A stretch of DNA of 64,000 nt from Deltaproteobacteria bacterium (GTDB lineage: Bacteria > Myxococcota_A > Polyangia > Polyangiales > Houyiibacteriaceae), in NCBI GenBank assembly GCA_034670305.1, contig JAXMNT010000025.1:32001-96000 (forward strand), in the 5' to 3' direction. The position numbers were made by a program, and so were the translations under genes. Below the pieces are notes generated by a model. It ran no database searches. It had not been told where the DNA came from and worked only from the letters and a program-made list of their open reading frames with translations. The number at the start of each line of letters is the position of its first letter. Position 1 is the first letter of the stretch. Below are positions 18,386 through 29,292 of this stretch, piece by piece.

Positions 18386-19948
18386 ATGATTCGTCTCGAG
18401 AGCTATCTGCAGGGCCAATGGACTTCGGGTGAGGGCGACGGTTCGACGTTGGTGGATCCGGCGTCGGAGCAAGGGGTCGCCACCGCCTCCACCAAGGGGC
18501 TCGACTTCGACGGTGCGCTGCGGTTCGGCCGCGAGAAGGGCGGCCCCGCACTCCGGGCGATGAGCTACGCCGAGCGCGGCGCGCTGCTCATGGCGATGAG
18601 CAAAGCGCTCCATGCCGAACGCGAGCAGTTGATCGACGACTCGATCCTCAACGCGGGCACGACGCGAACCGACTCCAAGTTCGACATCGACGGAGCCACC
18701 GGCACGCTCGCGTACTACGCGGGCCTCGCGAAGACGCTCGGATCCGAGCGGACGCTCGGCGGGCTCGGCACCGTCGAAGGGGAGGGCGAACAGCTCACCC
18801 GATCCAAGCGGTTCTGGGGCACGCACATCCGCACGCCCGTGCGCGGCGTCGCGGTACACGTGAACGCGTTCAACTTCCCCGCGTGGGGCTTCGCCGAGAA
18901 GGCCGCCGTCGCATTGCTCGCGGGTGTGCCAGTCGTGACCAAACCGGCGACCGCCACCGCGCTGCCCACTTGGCGCTGCATCAAAATCCTGGTCGACGCG
19001 AAGATCCTCCCGGAGGGCGCGCTGCAGCTCGTGTGTGGCAGCCCCGGTGAGATGTTGACGCATCTGCGCACGGGCGACGTGCTCGCGTTCACCGGCAGCG
19101 GCACCACCGGCGCGCACCTGCGGCGGCTCGAAGCGGTCACCGAACGTTCGGTTCGGATCAACGTCGAAGCGGATTCGCTCAACGCCACGGTGCTCGGACC
19201 CGACGTCGAGGTCGGAAGCGAGACGTGGTTTGCGTTCGTGCGCGACGCGGTCCGCGAGGTCACTCAGAAGACCGGGCAGAAGTGCACCGCGACCCGCCGC
19301 ATCTTCGTGCCGAAGCAGCACATGGACGCAGTGCTCGAAACGCTCGCCGAGGAGATGGGCCGCGTGCCCTTCGGTCATCCGGCCGCAGAGGGCGTGCGGG
19401 TCGGTCCGCTGGCGAGCGCGCAGCAGCACAAGGACGTGCGCGAGGGGCTCGACGCCCTGGTGGACGCGGGTGCCAAGATCGCATGGCAGGGCAGCGGCGC
19501 GTTCGAAGGCGCGACGGAGGGCAAAGGCTACTTCGTGCACCCGACGCTCCTGCGCGCGGACAGTCCCCGCGACGTGGGCCTCGTCCACGAACGCGAAGTG
19601 TTCGGACCCGCGAGTACGGTCATGCCCTACGACACGCCCGAAGAAGCCGCCGAACTCGTCGCGCTCGGCGAAGGTGGACTGGTCGCCGCGATCTACGGCA
19701 ACGACAAAGACGCGCTGCGGACCTTGGTCGAAGGCATCGCGCCGTGGTCCGGGCGTGTCTTGATCGGCAGCAAGAAGGTGGCGGACCAGGCGATCTCCCC
19801 TGGGCTCGTCCTGCCCAGCTGCGTGCACGGCGGTCCAGGCCGCGCGGGTGGCGGCGAGGAACTCGGCGGTCGCCGCGGCCTCGATCTCTACACCCAGCGC
19901 ACGGCGGTCCAGGGCGATCGCGCCCTGCTCGACAAACTCTTCGAATAA
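18386..19948 (+). CDS. Aldehyde dehydrogenase, 3,4-dehydroadipyl-CoA semialdehyde dehydrogenase (BoxD)/PaaZ-ALDH type
   Basis: LESYLQGQW, HVNAFNFPAWG, VTKPATATA, FTGS, EADSLN, GQKCTA, HGGPGRAGGGEELGG; no MaoC domain follows. Confidence 0.9.
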   Translation: MIRLESYLQGQWTSGEGDGSTLVDPASEQGVATASTKGLDFDGALRFGREKGGPALRAMSYAERGALLMAMSKALHAEREQLIDDSILNAGTTRTDSKFDIDGATGTLAYYAGLAKTLGSERTLGGLGTVEGEGEQLTRSKRFWGTHIRTPVRGVAVHVNAFNFPAWGFAEKAAVALLAGVPVVTKPATATALPTWRCIKILVDAKILPEGALQLVCGSPGEMLTHLRTGDVLAFTGSGTTGAHLRRLEAVTERSVRINVEADSLNATVLGPDVEVGSETWFAFVRDAVREVTQKTGQKCTATRRIFVPKQHMDAVLETLAEEMGRVPFGHPAAEGVRVGPLASAQQHKDVREGLDALVDAGAKIAWQGSGAFEGATEGKGYFVHPTLLRADSPRDVGLVHEREVFGPASTVMPYDTPEEAAELVALGEGGLVAAIYGNDKDALRTLVEGIAPWSGRVLIGSKKVADQAISPGLVLPSCVHGGPGRAGGGEELGGRRGLDLYTQRTAVQGDRALLDKLFE

Positions 19949-20064
19949 CCCTCGCACCCGAACGGGTTGTATCGCCGTTGTCTCCTGCCCCTTCATTCGA
20001 ACGCCACTCCGACGCCCGAAGGCTGCGCCGTGGCTCCATCCGCGCGCGGGCCTCGAGAACCGAA

Positions 20065-20157
20065 GTGTTGGCCCCAGGAATCGCAGTGTTGACCCCAGGA
20101 ATCGCAGTGCTGGCCCCAGGAATCGCAGTGCTGGCCCCAGGAATCGCAGTGCTGGCC
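20065..20157 (+). repeat. 21-bp VNTR x4 (GTGCTGGCCCCAGGAATCGCA; VLAPGIA)
   Basis: Four near-identical units plus a partial unit. Confidence 0.95.
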
Positions 20158-21462
20158 CTGGTGTTCGGATGTGGCGAGGGGTGCGGCGAGGACACGCCCA
20201 TCGCCACCCGCGCCCGGGCCGCCGAACTCCCGCCGGAACCCGCCGAGCAGCCGCCCGCAGAGCCGCGTCCGCCGGGGTACCCACTGATCGACGACTCGGT
20301 CCTCCTGCGCGCGCCCGCCCGCTACGACCACCTGGTGCCGCGGCTCGTGCCGCCGACCGGGCCCCGCTTTCGGAACCTCGTCTACGAAGCGAACAACCTT
20401 GCGATGCGGGGGCCACGGGACGAAGAGAACGGCTTCTACGAGAGTACGGGCCACGCGATCGCGCAGCGCTGGCGCGATGCGGCCGCGGGCGTGAAGCAGG
20501 TGTTCGCGTTGCGAGACGCGCTCTTCAGCCAACAAGACCATCCGATCGACCACGACCCGGTCGCGATCATGATGCCGCCTGGCTGGGTGAGCATCGCCGT
20601 GCACGAGGTGATGCAGGAGCGCACCGTCCAGCCGGTGCACGCGCCCCCGATCGACGCCGACGAGGAGTGGGCGGCGTTCGCGACCCCCGCGACGCTGTTC
20701 GGAAGTTTTCCGCCGAGCGAGCGACTGCACGAAGTGGCGACGCGGCCCCGGACGGTGCTGGCACCCGAACGCCTCCGCGTCACCAACGCGCGCCGTGCGG
20801 TGCACATGCTCGCGGCGGATGCGCAGGCGATGTTGGATGTGGCGGCGGAAGGTGCGGACGCGGTGGCGAACGCGGGTGCCGACCGGATCTCTCGGAGCGA
20901 CATCCTGTACTTCGGGGAGCGCCTGCGGCGGGAACACATCATTCCGATCTCGGTCGAGAACCCGAACGCGCACGAACAACGCGACGAAGACAAAGGCCTG
21001 CGCCCGTTCGGGTACGACGTCTCCGACGAAGCGGTCGGCATGGTCCGTCGGGCGATCTACCAACGCCGCCTCGACGACGGGGACATCGCGATCGAGCGCT
21101 ACCACATCGGCCGGCCGGAGGAACGCCAGCGCGCGATCGCGGTGTTGCGTGAGCTCGTCGGAACCGACCTGCCCGGCGAACACCGGGTGTGGTTGTGGGT
21201 GCACGGTGGCCTAGACGCGCGCGGCATCCGGGGCCGGGACGCGACGCCCTACATCGGCGGGTTTCGCGCCGAGGTCGCGTCGCACGGCGTGAACATGGAG
21301 CGGGTGCGTTTTCTGTCGAAGCCGCATGTGCCGATCGGCGGACGCAACCTCGCCGCTCAGCTCGACGCGAACGCACGGCGTTTCCGCGGTATCGAGCTTC
21401 CCCTCAGCCTCAACATCGGCTCCAACCTGCTGCACCGGCTCTTCACTGAGCTGGAGCGCTAG
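20065..21462 (+). CDS. Hypothetical lipoprotein
   Basis: Hydrophobic N-terminus ending LVFGC; Pro-rich linker; long globular region with GC3 bias. Start uncertain (several in-frame GTG in the repeat, or TTG at 19978). Confidence 0.7.
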   Translation: MLAPGIAVLTPGIAVLAPGIAVLAPGIAVLALVFGCGEGCGEDTPIATRARAAELPPEPAEQPPAEPRPPGYPLIDDSVLLRAPARYDHLVPRLVPPTGPRFRNLVYEANNLAMRGPRDEENGFYESTGHAIAQRWRDAAAGVKQVFALRDALFSQQDHPIDHDPVAIMMPPGWVSIAVHEVMQERTVQPVHAPPIDADEEWAAFATPATLFGSFPPSERLHEVATRPRTVLAPERLRVTNARRAVHMLAADAQAMLDVAAEGADAVANAGADRISRSDILYFGERLRREHIIPISVENPNAHEQRDEDKGLRPFGYDVSDEAVGMVRRAIYQRRLDDGDIAIERYHIGRPEERQRAIAVLRELVGTDLPGEHRVWLWVHGGLDARGIRGRDATPYIGGFRAEVASHGVNMERVRFLSKPHVPIGGRNLAAQLDANARRFRGIELPLSLNIGSNLLHRLFTELER

Positions 21463-22582
21463 CCCGTCCGAGTCGCACTCTGGCCAGGAGCGCGTCCCGG
21501 GCGTAGACGCATCCCCAGCTGAACGCGACGAGCGCGACCACGAAGCCACTGGCTTCGGCCATCGAACAGTTGCCCACGAGTGACCCGCCCATCCGGCCGT
21601 AGCAAAACGGAATGTGCACGATGTACGCGACCAGGCTTCCGCGGCCGAGGGTCACGAACGCGCTGCGGACCCGCGGGCCGAGCGCCACCGAGAGCAACCC
21701 ACCCGCGCACAGGACTCCGAAGCCTCGGCAACCGAGGTCCAATACGTTGAACCACACCGCGGGGTGCCGGCGGGTGAGGACGTCGTCGGTGGCTGTCACC
21801 CACGCGTGGGTTCCGAACTCGAACACCCAGGCGCCAACGACCGAGACGACGAGCCCTGTTGCCAAGATCAAGAGGGGCGCACCGGCGATGGCGGTCGCGG
21901 TTCGGGCCTTGTGGCCAGCGGCTCGGAGCGGCTCGGACCGGAGCAGCCGGAGCAGGACCATGCCCATTCCGAACCATGCGTATAGCGGAACGAGGGGCAT
22001 CGCCCCGTACGGAGGGCGGTCGGCGACGAGCGCGACCAAGGGCGCAATCACCTCTGGCGCGAACGGGCTGAAGGCTGAGATCCAGGGGCAGAGCATCGTC
22101 GCAAGGAACGTCAGCGCGATGACCCGGAAGTGCTGATGTTTGCGGGCGTCGCGGTCGACGACGCCGGTCTTCGGGAGGAACGCGCCGCTCACGGCGATGC
22201 TCAGCCCGATCACATGAAGCACATCCGACCGCAGAAAGGTCTGCACGCCCTGCCACCCATCGATGAGTGCGTAGGCTCCGCTCACGAGGTAGCCGTAGAG
22301 CAGAATCTGCAGCCCGCGGCGGATGAGGGCGCGCCGCACCGTTGCAGCAGACTCCTGCTTTCGGACCGCCGCTTCCAGCCGCAACTCCACCGCGGCGCCG
22401 GCGAGCAAGAGAAACGCCGGCAGCGGAATGGTGCCGAGGACGCGCGTGAAGCGGTACGCGGCGTCGTGGTGTTCGGGCGCGACCCAGCCGTGGAAGGCGT
22501 GGCCCTGCACCATCAAGATGCTGGCGACGCCCCGCGCCACGTCGACGCCGGCGATCCGTTCAGCCACCCGCTGTGGCTCCAA
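21443..22582 (-). CDS. Membrane acyltransferase-like protein (HGSNAT catalytic/DUF1624-type)
   Basis: RIAGVDVARGVASILMVQGH, PAFLLLAG, DVLHVIGLS, PLVP..W, LGRGSLVAYIVH; multiple TM helices. Confidence 0.8.
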   Translation of the reverse strand: MEPQRVAERIAGVDVARGVASILMVQGHAFHGWVAPEHHDAAYRFTRVLGTIPLPAFLLLAGAAVELRLEAAVRKQESAATVRRALIRRGLQILLYGYLVSGAYALIDGWQGVQTFLRSDVLHVIGLSIAVSGAFLPKTGVVDRDARKHQHFRVIALTFLATMLCPWISAFSPFAPEVIAPLVALVADRPPYGAMPLVPLYAWFGMGMVLLRLLRSEPLRAAGHKARTATAIAGAPLLILATGLVVSVVGAWVFEFGTHAWVTATDDVLTRRHPAVWFNVLDLGCRGFGVLCAGGLLSVALGPRVRSAFVTLGRGSLVAYIVHIPFCYGRMGGSLVGNCSMAEASGFVVALVAFSWGCVYARDALLARVRLGRASAPAQ

Positions 22583-22591
22583 AGACCACGC

Positions 22592-24271
22592 CTAGAACGT
22601 CGACGGCTCGTCGGAACCCGCGGCCTTCGCGGCTTCTTGATCGGCGACCTCCTCGGCGGAGCTCGAGTCGAGATGCATCCACTTCTTGAGCAGCGGGGAG
22701 AGCACGAAACACAACACGGCCGCGCCGCAGGCGACGTAGCCGATCTGCTCGAACACAGTGACGTAGTTCGCCAAGTTGTCGTACGAGGTCAGGAGTTCCG
22801 GCGTCATGCCATCCGCGCTCGAGAGCAGCCCGGTCTCGAGGGCGAGGGAACCGGGGCCGTCGCCGCTGTCGGGCGGCGAGGTCAACAGCGCGATGAGGCC
22901 GGCGAGGTGGTGCGCCAGCGCGGAGCTGAGGAACCAGGCGCCCATCACCATGGCGGTGATCTTCTTCGGCGAGAGTTTGGTGACCATCGAGAGCCCGATG
23001 GGCGAGAGGCAGAGTTCGCCGGTGGTGTGGAAGAAGTACCCACCCACCAGGAAGAGCAGCGGCACGACGGCAGCGGCCTGGCTGACCTCTTCGCCGTCGA
23101 CCACGAGATTCACTTCACCACTCGAGACGAAACCGCCGGCCCAGCCGAGCACCAAGAATCCGAGCCCGAGCTGCGCGATGCCGAGCGCGAACTTCACCGG
23201 GATGTTCGGCTCCTTCTTCACGCGGCCGAGGCCGGCCCAGATCATCGTGAAGACGGGCGCGAGGATCAGAATGAAGACCGGGTTGACGCTCTGGAAGATG
23301 GACGCAGGCAACGCGCCGCGGTCCACGTTGGTGTCGGTGAAGAGCGTGAGCGACGAACCCGCCTGCTCGAAGAACGCCCAAAAGAGCGTGGTGAAGAAGA
23401 GGAGGATCAGAACGACGAACAGCCGCTCGCGCACGATTTTCTCGGAGCGCATCGCCTCGAGAAAGATGATGCCGATGACGAGCAGGGCGAAGGGGGTGAG
23501 CACGTAGCTCATCACTTCGAAGTACCGGATGAGCACCGCGAACGCGCCGACCGAGAGGAAGGCGAGCATGTAGGTCAGGTACTCGGCGCTGATCCCGCCG
23601 ATCTTCTTCTTGAGCAGCTCGAGGTCGGGGGCGTCGCCGTTCGTGCCGAGGGAGGACTGGCCCCATCCGAAGACGGCGAGTCCCGCCAACATGCCGAAGC
23701 CTGCGAGCGTGAAGCCGTAGAACCAGCCGTAGGTCTCGCCGAGGTACCCACAGAGCAGCGGTGCGGCGCCGGCGCCGAGGTTGATGCCCATGTAGAAGAT
23801 GGTGAAGCCGCGGTCGCGCCGCGGGTCGTTCCGGTCGGTGTACAGACCGCCGACCATCGAGGAGATGTTCGGCTTGAAGAAGCCATTGCCCGCGATGAGG
23901 AACGCGAGCGCGATGTACAACATGAACTCGGTCTCGATCGCCATGGCGAAGTGACCGACGGCCATGAGGACCGCGCCCAGCATGACCGAACGTTTGTAGC
24001 CGAGCAGTTTGTCCGCGACGATGCCCCCGAGGAACGGGGTCGCGTAGACGAGCGCGCCGTAGGCGGCGTAGATGCCCTTGGCCTTGTGGTCGGACTCCGT
24101 GGCGTCGAGGTCCGAGAAGAGCTGCCGCACCAGGTACAGCGTGAGCAGCGCGCGCATCCCGTAGAACGAGAAGCGCTCCCACATCTCCGCGAAGAAGAGC
24201 AGCGCCAAGCCCGGCGGTTGCTTCTCGGGCGGGTTCTTGGGGGCGGGCTTCTTCTCGGTCGAATCGGTCAT
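22592..24271 (-). CDS. POT/PTR family proton-dependent oligopeptide MFS transporter
   Basis: [51 protein letters not shown]. Confidence 0.95.
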   Translation of the reverse strand: MTDSTEKKPAPKNPPEKQPPGLALLFFAEMWERFSFYGMRALLTLYLVRQLFSDLDATESDHKAKGIYAAYGALVYATPFLGGIVADKLLGYKRSVMLGAVLMAVGHFAMAIETEFMLYIALAFLIAGNGFFKPNISSMVGGLYTDRNDPRRDRGFTIFYMGINLGAGAAPLLCGYLGETYGWFYGFTLAGFGMLAGLAVFGWGQSSLGTNGDAPDLELLKKKIGGISAEYLTYMLAFLSVGAFAVLIRYFEVMSYVLTPFALLVIGIIFLEAMRSEKIVRERLFVVLILLFFTTLFWAFFEQAGSSLTLFTDTNVDRGALPASIFQSVNPVFILILAPVFTMIWAGLGRVKKEPNIPVKFALGIAQLGLGFLVLGWAGGFVSSGEVNLVVDGEEVSQAAAVVPLLFLVGGYFFHTTGELCLSPIGLSMVTKLSPKKITAMVMGAWFLSSALAHHLAGLIALLTSPPDSGDGPGSLALETGLLSSADGMTPELLTSYDNLANYVTVFEQIGYVACGAAVLCFVLSPLLKKWMHLDSSSAEEVADQEAAKAAGSDEPSTF

Positions 24272-24420
24272 GGGCGGCGCAACGATTGAAGCGATGGGCC
24301 ACAGAGTCAACCGGAGTCCTCACGGGACGGGCCCCGAGCCGGCACCCCTGCGCGGATCCCTGCGATCGCTCACGATCCGGAGCCAGCCTGCGCCCACAAA
24401 CCACTATGGTTCGGCCCAAG

Positions 24421-25614
24421 ATGCACCAGCCGCTGCTCGACCACTTCGCCGCCGAAACCGCTGCCCTTCACGGACAAGGACTCTTCAAAGAAGAGCGCGT
24501 CATCACCACCCCACAGCAGGCGGCCATCGAGGTCACCGGCGGGGCGAGCGTGGTGAACTTCTGTGCGAACAACTACCTCGGCCTCGCCAACCACCCGAAG
24601 CTCATCGAAGCGGCGCAAGCAGCGGTGGCGGAGCACGGCTTCGGCATGGCGTCGGTGCGGTTCATCTGCGGCACGCAGACCATCCACAAGACGCTGGAAG
24701 CGCGCATCGCGCAGTTCCTGCAGACCGAAGACACCATCCTGTACTCGAGCTGCTTCGACGCGAACGGCGGCTTCTTCGAGACCTGCTTCGGCGCGGAAGA
24801 TGCGATCATCAGCGACGCGCTCAACCACGCGTCGATCATCGACGGCATCCGTCTGTGCAAAGCGCAGCGCTACCGCTACGCGAACAGCGACATGGACGAG
24901 CTGCGCGCGCGGCTGGAGGAATGCAAGGACGCGCGCTTCAAGGTCATCGCGACCGACGCGGTGTTCTCGATGGACGGCTACTACGCGAAGCTGCCGGAGA
25001 TCTGCGACCTCGCGGACGAGTACGGCGCGATCGTGTTCGTGGACGATTGCCATGGCGTGGGCTTCACCGGCGACAGCGGCCGGGGCACCCACGAGAAGCT
25101 CGGCTGTCTCGGCCGCATCGACGTGCTGACGGGCACGCTCGGCAAAGCGCTCGGGGGCGCGTCGGGCGGGTACACCTCGGGTCGAAAAGAGATCATCGCG
25201 TGGCTTCGGCAGCGCAGCCGCCCCTACCTCTTCTCCAACACGCTCGCACCCGTGATCGCGGCGACCTCGATCGCGATGTTCGACCTGCTCGAGTCGGAAG
25301 GCGCGGCGCTTCGCGCCAAGCTCTGGGAGAACGCCGCCTACTTCCGCGAAAAGATGGAAGCCGCCGGGTTCAACCTCTTGCCCGGCGACCACGCCATCGT
25401 GCCGGTCATGCTCGGCGACGCGCGGCTTGCGAGCGCGATGGCGGACAAGCTCCTCGAACACGGCATCTACGTCATCGGGTTCTCGTTCCCCGTGGTGCCG
25501 AAAGGGCAGGCGCGGATCCGCACCCAGATGTCGGCCGCGCACGACCGGGCGCACCTCGACCAGGCCATCGAGGCGTTCACTGTGGTGGGCAAAGAGCTCG
25601 GGGTGATCTCGTGA
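24421..25614 (+). CDS. kbl: 2-amino-3-ketobutyrate CoA ligase (glycine C-acetyltransferase)
   Basis: [67 protein letters not shown]. Confidence 0.97.
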   Translation: MHQPLLDHFAAETAALHGQGLFKEERVITTPQQAAIEVTGGASVVNFCANNYLGLANHPKLIEAAQAAVAEHGFGMASVRFICGTQTIHKTLEARIAQFLQTEDTILYSSCFDANGGFFETCFGAEDAIISDALNHASIIDGIRLCKAQRYRYANSDMDELRARLEECKDARFKVIATDAVFSMDGYYAKLPEICDLADEYGAIVFVDDCHGVGFTGDSGRGTHEKLGCLGRIDVLTGTLGKALGGASGGYTSGRKEIIAWLRQRSRPYLFSNTLAPVIAATSIAMFDLLESEGAALRAKLWENAAYFREKMEAAGFNLLPGDHAIVPVMLGDARLASAMADKLLEHGIYVIGFSFPVVPKGQARIRTQMSAAHDRAHLDQAIEAFTVVGKELGVIS

Positions 25615-25622
25615 CCGCGACG

Positions 25623-26651
25623 ATGCGCGCGCTCCGCAAGATGGAGAAGCGCGAAGGCATCTGGATGGACGAAGTGAAGGTCCCCGAGATCGGGCCGAAC
25701 GACGTGCTGATCCGGATCCGGAAGACCGCGATCTGCGGGACCGACATTCACATCTACAACTGGGACGACTGGGCCCAGGCCACCATTCCGGTGCCGATGA
25801 CCGTCGGCCACGAGTTCGTGGGGGTGGTCGAAGAGGTCGGTTCGCACGTGCGCGGGTTCGAGCCCGGCGACCGGGTCAGCGGGGAAGGGCACGTGACCTG
25901 TGGCCACTGCCGCAACTGCCGCGCGGGCAAACGTCACTTGTGTCGGAACACGGTCGGCGTCGGCGTGAACCGCGAGGGCGCCTTCGCGGAGTTCCTCTCT
26001 TTGCCGGCCGTCAACGCGTTCAAACTCTCCGACAAGATCCCCGACGAGATCGCCTCGTACCTGGATCCACTCGGCAATGCGGCGCACACCGCGCTGAGCT
26101 TCGATCTCGTCGGTGAAGACGTGCTCATCACCGGCGCGGGTCCCATCGGCATCATGGCCGCGGCCATCGCGCGGCATGTCGGTGCCCGGCACGTCGTGGT
26201 CACGGACGTGAACCCCTACCGCCTCGAGCTCGCCCGCAAGATGGGCGCGAGCTTGGCGATCGATGTGCGGGAGCGGAGCATTCGCAGCACCATGCCGGAG
26301 CTCGGCATGACCGAGGGGTTCGATGTGGGGCTCGAGATGAGCGGCGTGGGCAGCGCGCTCGTGAGCATGCTCGATGCGATGAACCATGGCGGACGCGTCG
26401 CGATGCTCGGCATTCCTCCGAAGGACGTCGTCATCGACTGGAACCACGTCATCTTCAAGGGGCTCGTCATCAAGGGCGTGTATGGCCGAGAGATGTTCGA
26501 GACCTGGTACAAGATGAGCTCGATGCTCCAATCGGGGCTCGACGTCGGACCGTTGCTCACGCACCGCCTTGGGATCGACGACTTTCAAGAGGGCTTCGAC
26601 ATCATGCGCAGCGGCGAGTCCGGCAAGGTGGTCCTGGACTGGGCTTCGTGA
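25623..26651 (+). CDS. tdh: L-threonine 3-dehydrogenase
   Basis: [55 protein letters not shown]. Adjacent to kbl; alternative GTG start at 25611. Confidence 0.97.
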   Translation: MRALRKMEKREGIWMDEVKVPEIGPNDVLIRIRKTAICGTDIHIYNWDDWAQATIPVPMTVGHEFVGVVEEVGSHVRGFEPGDRVSGEGHVTCGHCRNCRAGKRHLCRNTVGVGVNREGAFAEFLSLPAVNAFKLSDKIPDEIASYLDPLGNAAHTALSFDLVGEDVLITGAGPIGIMAAAIARHVGARHVVVTDVNPYRLELARKMGASLAIDVRERSIRSTMPELGMTEGFDVGLEMSGVGSALVSMLDAMNHGGRVAMLGIPPKDVVIDWNHVIFKGLVIKGVYGREMFETWYKMSSMLQSGLDVGPLLTHRLGIDDFQEGFDIMRSGESGKVVLDWAS

Positions 26652-26971
26652 TCGTTCCGCGCGCGAAGGTTTGGTTCGGCGTGCTCGCGCTTTCGGCGCT
26701 CATTTGTCTTGCGGCCGGATGCGCCGAAGCGGACGGCTCGTGTCTCGGCGGAGACGAGTGCGTGCTCGAGTGCCCGGACGGGTTCTGCAACTTCTACTGC
26801 GCCGACGAAGCAAGTTGCACCGGCAGCTGCGCGGGCGGCGACTGCAGCATCAACTGCACCGGCAACTCGTCCTGCAACTTCACGTGTTCCGACGGGTGCG
26901 CGTTTCACTGCTTCGACGAAGCGAGTTGTGCGTTCGCGTGCGAAGGCACCTGCCGCGAAGTGCGCGACTGA
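26648..26971 (+). CDS. Small Cys-rich lipoprotein
   Basis: Lipobox LAAGC, then repeating C-x3-C-x4-C-x3-C pattern; GTGA overlap with tdh. Confidence 0.8.
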   Translation: MIVPRAKVWFGVLALSALICLAAGCAEADGSCLGGDECVLECPDGFCNFYCADEASCTGSCAGGDCSINCTGNSSCNFTCSDGCAFHCFDEASCAFACEGTCREVRD

Positions 26972-27040
26972 TGCGCCGCTCGGCCGCCGGCCGGCATGAC
27001 GACGCCATTGCTTCGAGCACCTCGTGTTATCAATGAATCC

Positions 27041-27364
27041 ATGCAGTGGTTGCTCGCGCTCGCGGTGGTGTTGTTCGGTTCGGCATTCGACGTGACCGGT
27101 TGCGGTTCGGGCGGGGGCGGCCCCCCCATCCAAGAAGGGGCGACCCGGAGCTACACGGTGCAAGGAGAGATCCAGTCGATCTCCGATGCCAAGGACCGGG
27201 CCTCGATCGCCCACGAGGAAGTCGAGGGGTACATGCCGGCGATGACGATGACGTTCTTCACCCAGAACCCGACGCAGCTCGAAGGGCTCGCGGCCGGCGA
27301 CCGGGTGGAGTTCACGTTCCAGTCCGACGGCCGCCACGTCATCACGGCGATCCGAAAGCTCTAG
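27041..27364 (+). CDS. CusF-like copper-binding lipoprotein
   Basis: IAHEEVEGYMPAMTMTF and GDRVEFTF signature; lipobox-like VTGC. Confidence 0.85.
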   Translation: MQWLLALAVVLFGSAFDVTGCGSGGGGPPIQEGATRSYTVQGEIQSISDAKDRASIAHEEVEGYMPAMTMTFFTQNPTQLEGLAAGDRVEFTFQSDGRHVITAIRKL

Positions 27365-27383
27365 TACCGCAGGTCGAGCGGTC

Positions 27384-29093
27384 TCAGTCCGGGATGCTCG
27401 ACTGGCCCAACACGGATCGGCGAAGCGGTTCGTACTCGGGCAGGAACGACTTGAAGCGTTCTTTGCGCGACGGCTCGTCCGGTAGTTCGTAGGGCTTCGG
27501 CTCGATGTCGAGGATCGACTGTTCGTCGACCTCGTCGATGAGGCGCTTCGGGAGGTACTTCTCGGCGTACGCCTTGTAGATGCCGCTCGAGATGAAGAGA
27601 TCGAGCAGCTGCGGGTCGAGGTGGTTGTCCTTCTTCATGAAGCCCATGATCCGGATCGCCTCGCTGAGCTTCTTGCCCTTCTTGTAGGGCCGGTCCTGCG
27701 CGGTCAGCGCTTCGAACACGTCGGCGATCGCCATCATGCGCGCGGGCAGACTCATGTCGCCGGCGTAGATCCCCTTGGGGTAGCCGCCGCCATCCATCTT
27801 CTCGTGGTGGCCTCCGGCGTATTCGGGAACGCGGGTGAGGTTTCGCGGGAACGGCAGCGCTTCGAGCATCTGAATCGTCTGCACCATGTGCCCGTTGATG
27901 ATCAGCCGCTCGTCGTTCGTCAGCGTGCCTCGCGAGATGCAGAGGTTGTCGAGCTCCTCCGGGGTCAGGAGCGGCCGCTCGTCGCCGCCTTCGAGGTAGG
28001 TCTGGGCGCCGATGTTTCGGATCTCTTCTTTGGCTTCGTCGCTCAGGAACTCACCGCCGACATTCGCGCGTTCGAGGAACGCGAGCTGTCGGGTCAGGTC
28101 TGCGAGTTCCTTCTGGTAGCGTTCCTGGGCGTTGCTCTCACCCGCGGCCTGCGCCTCCAGCATTCGGATCCGCGCGTCCCGCATCAGCACTTCGAACCGG
28201 GTCCGGACCATCGCGATGCGGTCCCAGATCGTCTCGAGCTTGGTGGCCTTGTCCATCACGTGGACCGGCGTGGTCACCTTGCCGCAGTCGTGAAGCCACG
28301 CGGCGATCTTCAGCTCGTACCACTCCTCTTCGCTCATGCTGAACTCGTGGAATGGACCGGTCGTGATCTCGCACGCCGCTTCCGCCAGCATCAGCGTCAG
28401 GATGGGCACCCGCTCGCAGTGTTCGCCGGTGTAGGGCGACTTCGAGTCGATCGCGGAAGCGATCATCTGGATGAAGCTCTCGAGCAAATTGCGCTGACCC
28501 TCGAGCAACATCTGGTTGTCGAGGGCGATGGCCGCCTGGGACGCGAGCGATTCGACGATGCGCTGGTCGTCGGCCTGAAACTCGACGAGTTCGCCCGTGG
28601 TGGGGTCCTGTGCGTTGAGGAGCTGCAGCACCCCGATGACCCGGTGTTCGTTGTTGACGAGCGGGATGGTCAGGAACGACTTGGAACGGTAGCCGCTCTT
28701 GGCGTCGAACCGCTGCGTGCCGGAGAAGTCGAAGCCGGTCGCATCGTAGGCGTCCGGGATGTTGATCGACTGCTTGAGGTGCGCCGCGCAGCTCGCCACG
28801 TTGTTCTGGTTGGCGGTCCCGTGTTCATCGAACATCGGGATCGGCGTGAAATCGATCGGCTTGCCGGTGGTTCCGCCAAGCGCGATTCCGAGCGAGTCGG
28901 TGCGCATGATGGCGAAGCGGAGACAATCGTCGTCGGTGCGCAGATAGAGGGTGCCGCCGTCCGCGTTGCAGAGCTTCTTGGACTCCAGCAGGATCGTCTC
29001 GATCAGACGATCTCGGTTCCTCTCGGCCGAGAGCGCCACCCCAATGCGGTTGAGCAAGGCGAGACGCTCCACCTCCTCGCGCAGCGTGACCAT
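27384..29093 (-). CDS. GAF + HD-GYP domain phosphohydrolase (c-di-GMP phosphodiesterase family)
   Basis: GAF (ADGGTLYL, NIPDAY, GVLQLLN); KSPYTGEHCERV, WLHDCGK, HHEKMDGGGYPKG, IADVFEALTAQDRPYK. Confidence 0.95.
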   Translation of the reverse strand: MVTLREEVERLALLNRIGVALSAERNRDRLIETILLESKKLCNADGGTLYLRTDDDCLRFAIMRTDSLGIALGGTTGKPIDFTPIPMFDEHGTANQNNVASCAAHLKQSINIPDAYDATGFDFSGTQRFDAKSGYRSKSFLTIPLVNNEHRVIGVLQLLNAQDPTTGELVEFQADDQRIVESLASQAAIALDNQMLLEGQRNLLESFIQMIASAIDSKSPYTGEHCERVPILTLMLAEAACEITTGPFHEFSMSEEEWYELKIAAWLHDCGKVTTPVHVMDKATKLETIWDRIAMVRTRFEVLMRDARIRMLEAQAAGESNAQERYQKELADLTRQLAFLERANVGGEFLSDEAKEEIRNIGAQTYLEGGDERPLLTPEELDNLCISRGTLTNDERLIINGHMVQTIQMLEALPFPRNLTRVPEYAGGHHEKMDGGGYPKGIYAGDMSLPARMMAIADVFEALTAQDRPYKKGKKLSEAIRIMGFMKKDNHLDPQLLDLFISSGIYKAYAEKYLPKRLIDEVDEQSILDIEPKPYELPDEPSRKERFKSFLPEYEPLRRSVLGQSSIPD

Positions 29094-29292
29094 GCGAGTG
29101 GAAATACCATTGTCTTAGGAGAAAGTCTTTGTTCGCACGCGGCCGAGCATGGCCTCAGCGGCGGATGCCCCCAGCTGGGGACTCGGTTCTGTCAGAGCCC
29201 ATCCACCCACCCGAGGCCGTGTCGAACTAGTGTACATTTACTGCTGGCTTGTAACGTATCGTGGCAGTATCCCGTCGGGGTAGGATCGCGCC

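Noticed and set aside
29094-29292. Possible c-di-GMP riboswitch between the HD-GYP and OmpA genes
   Set aside because: No recognisable GEMM consensus; only an AT-richer promoter-like stretch is visible.
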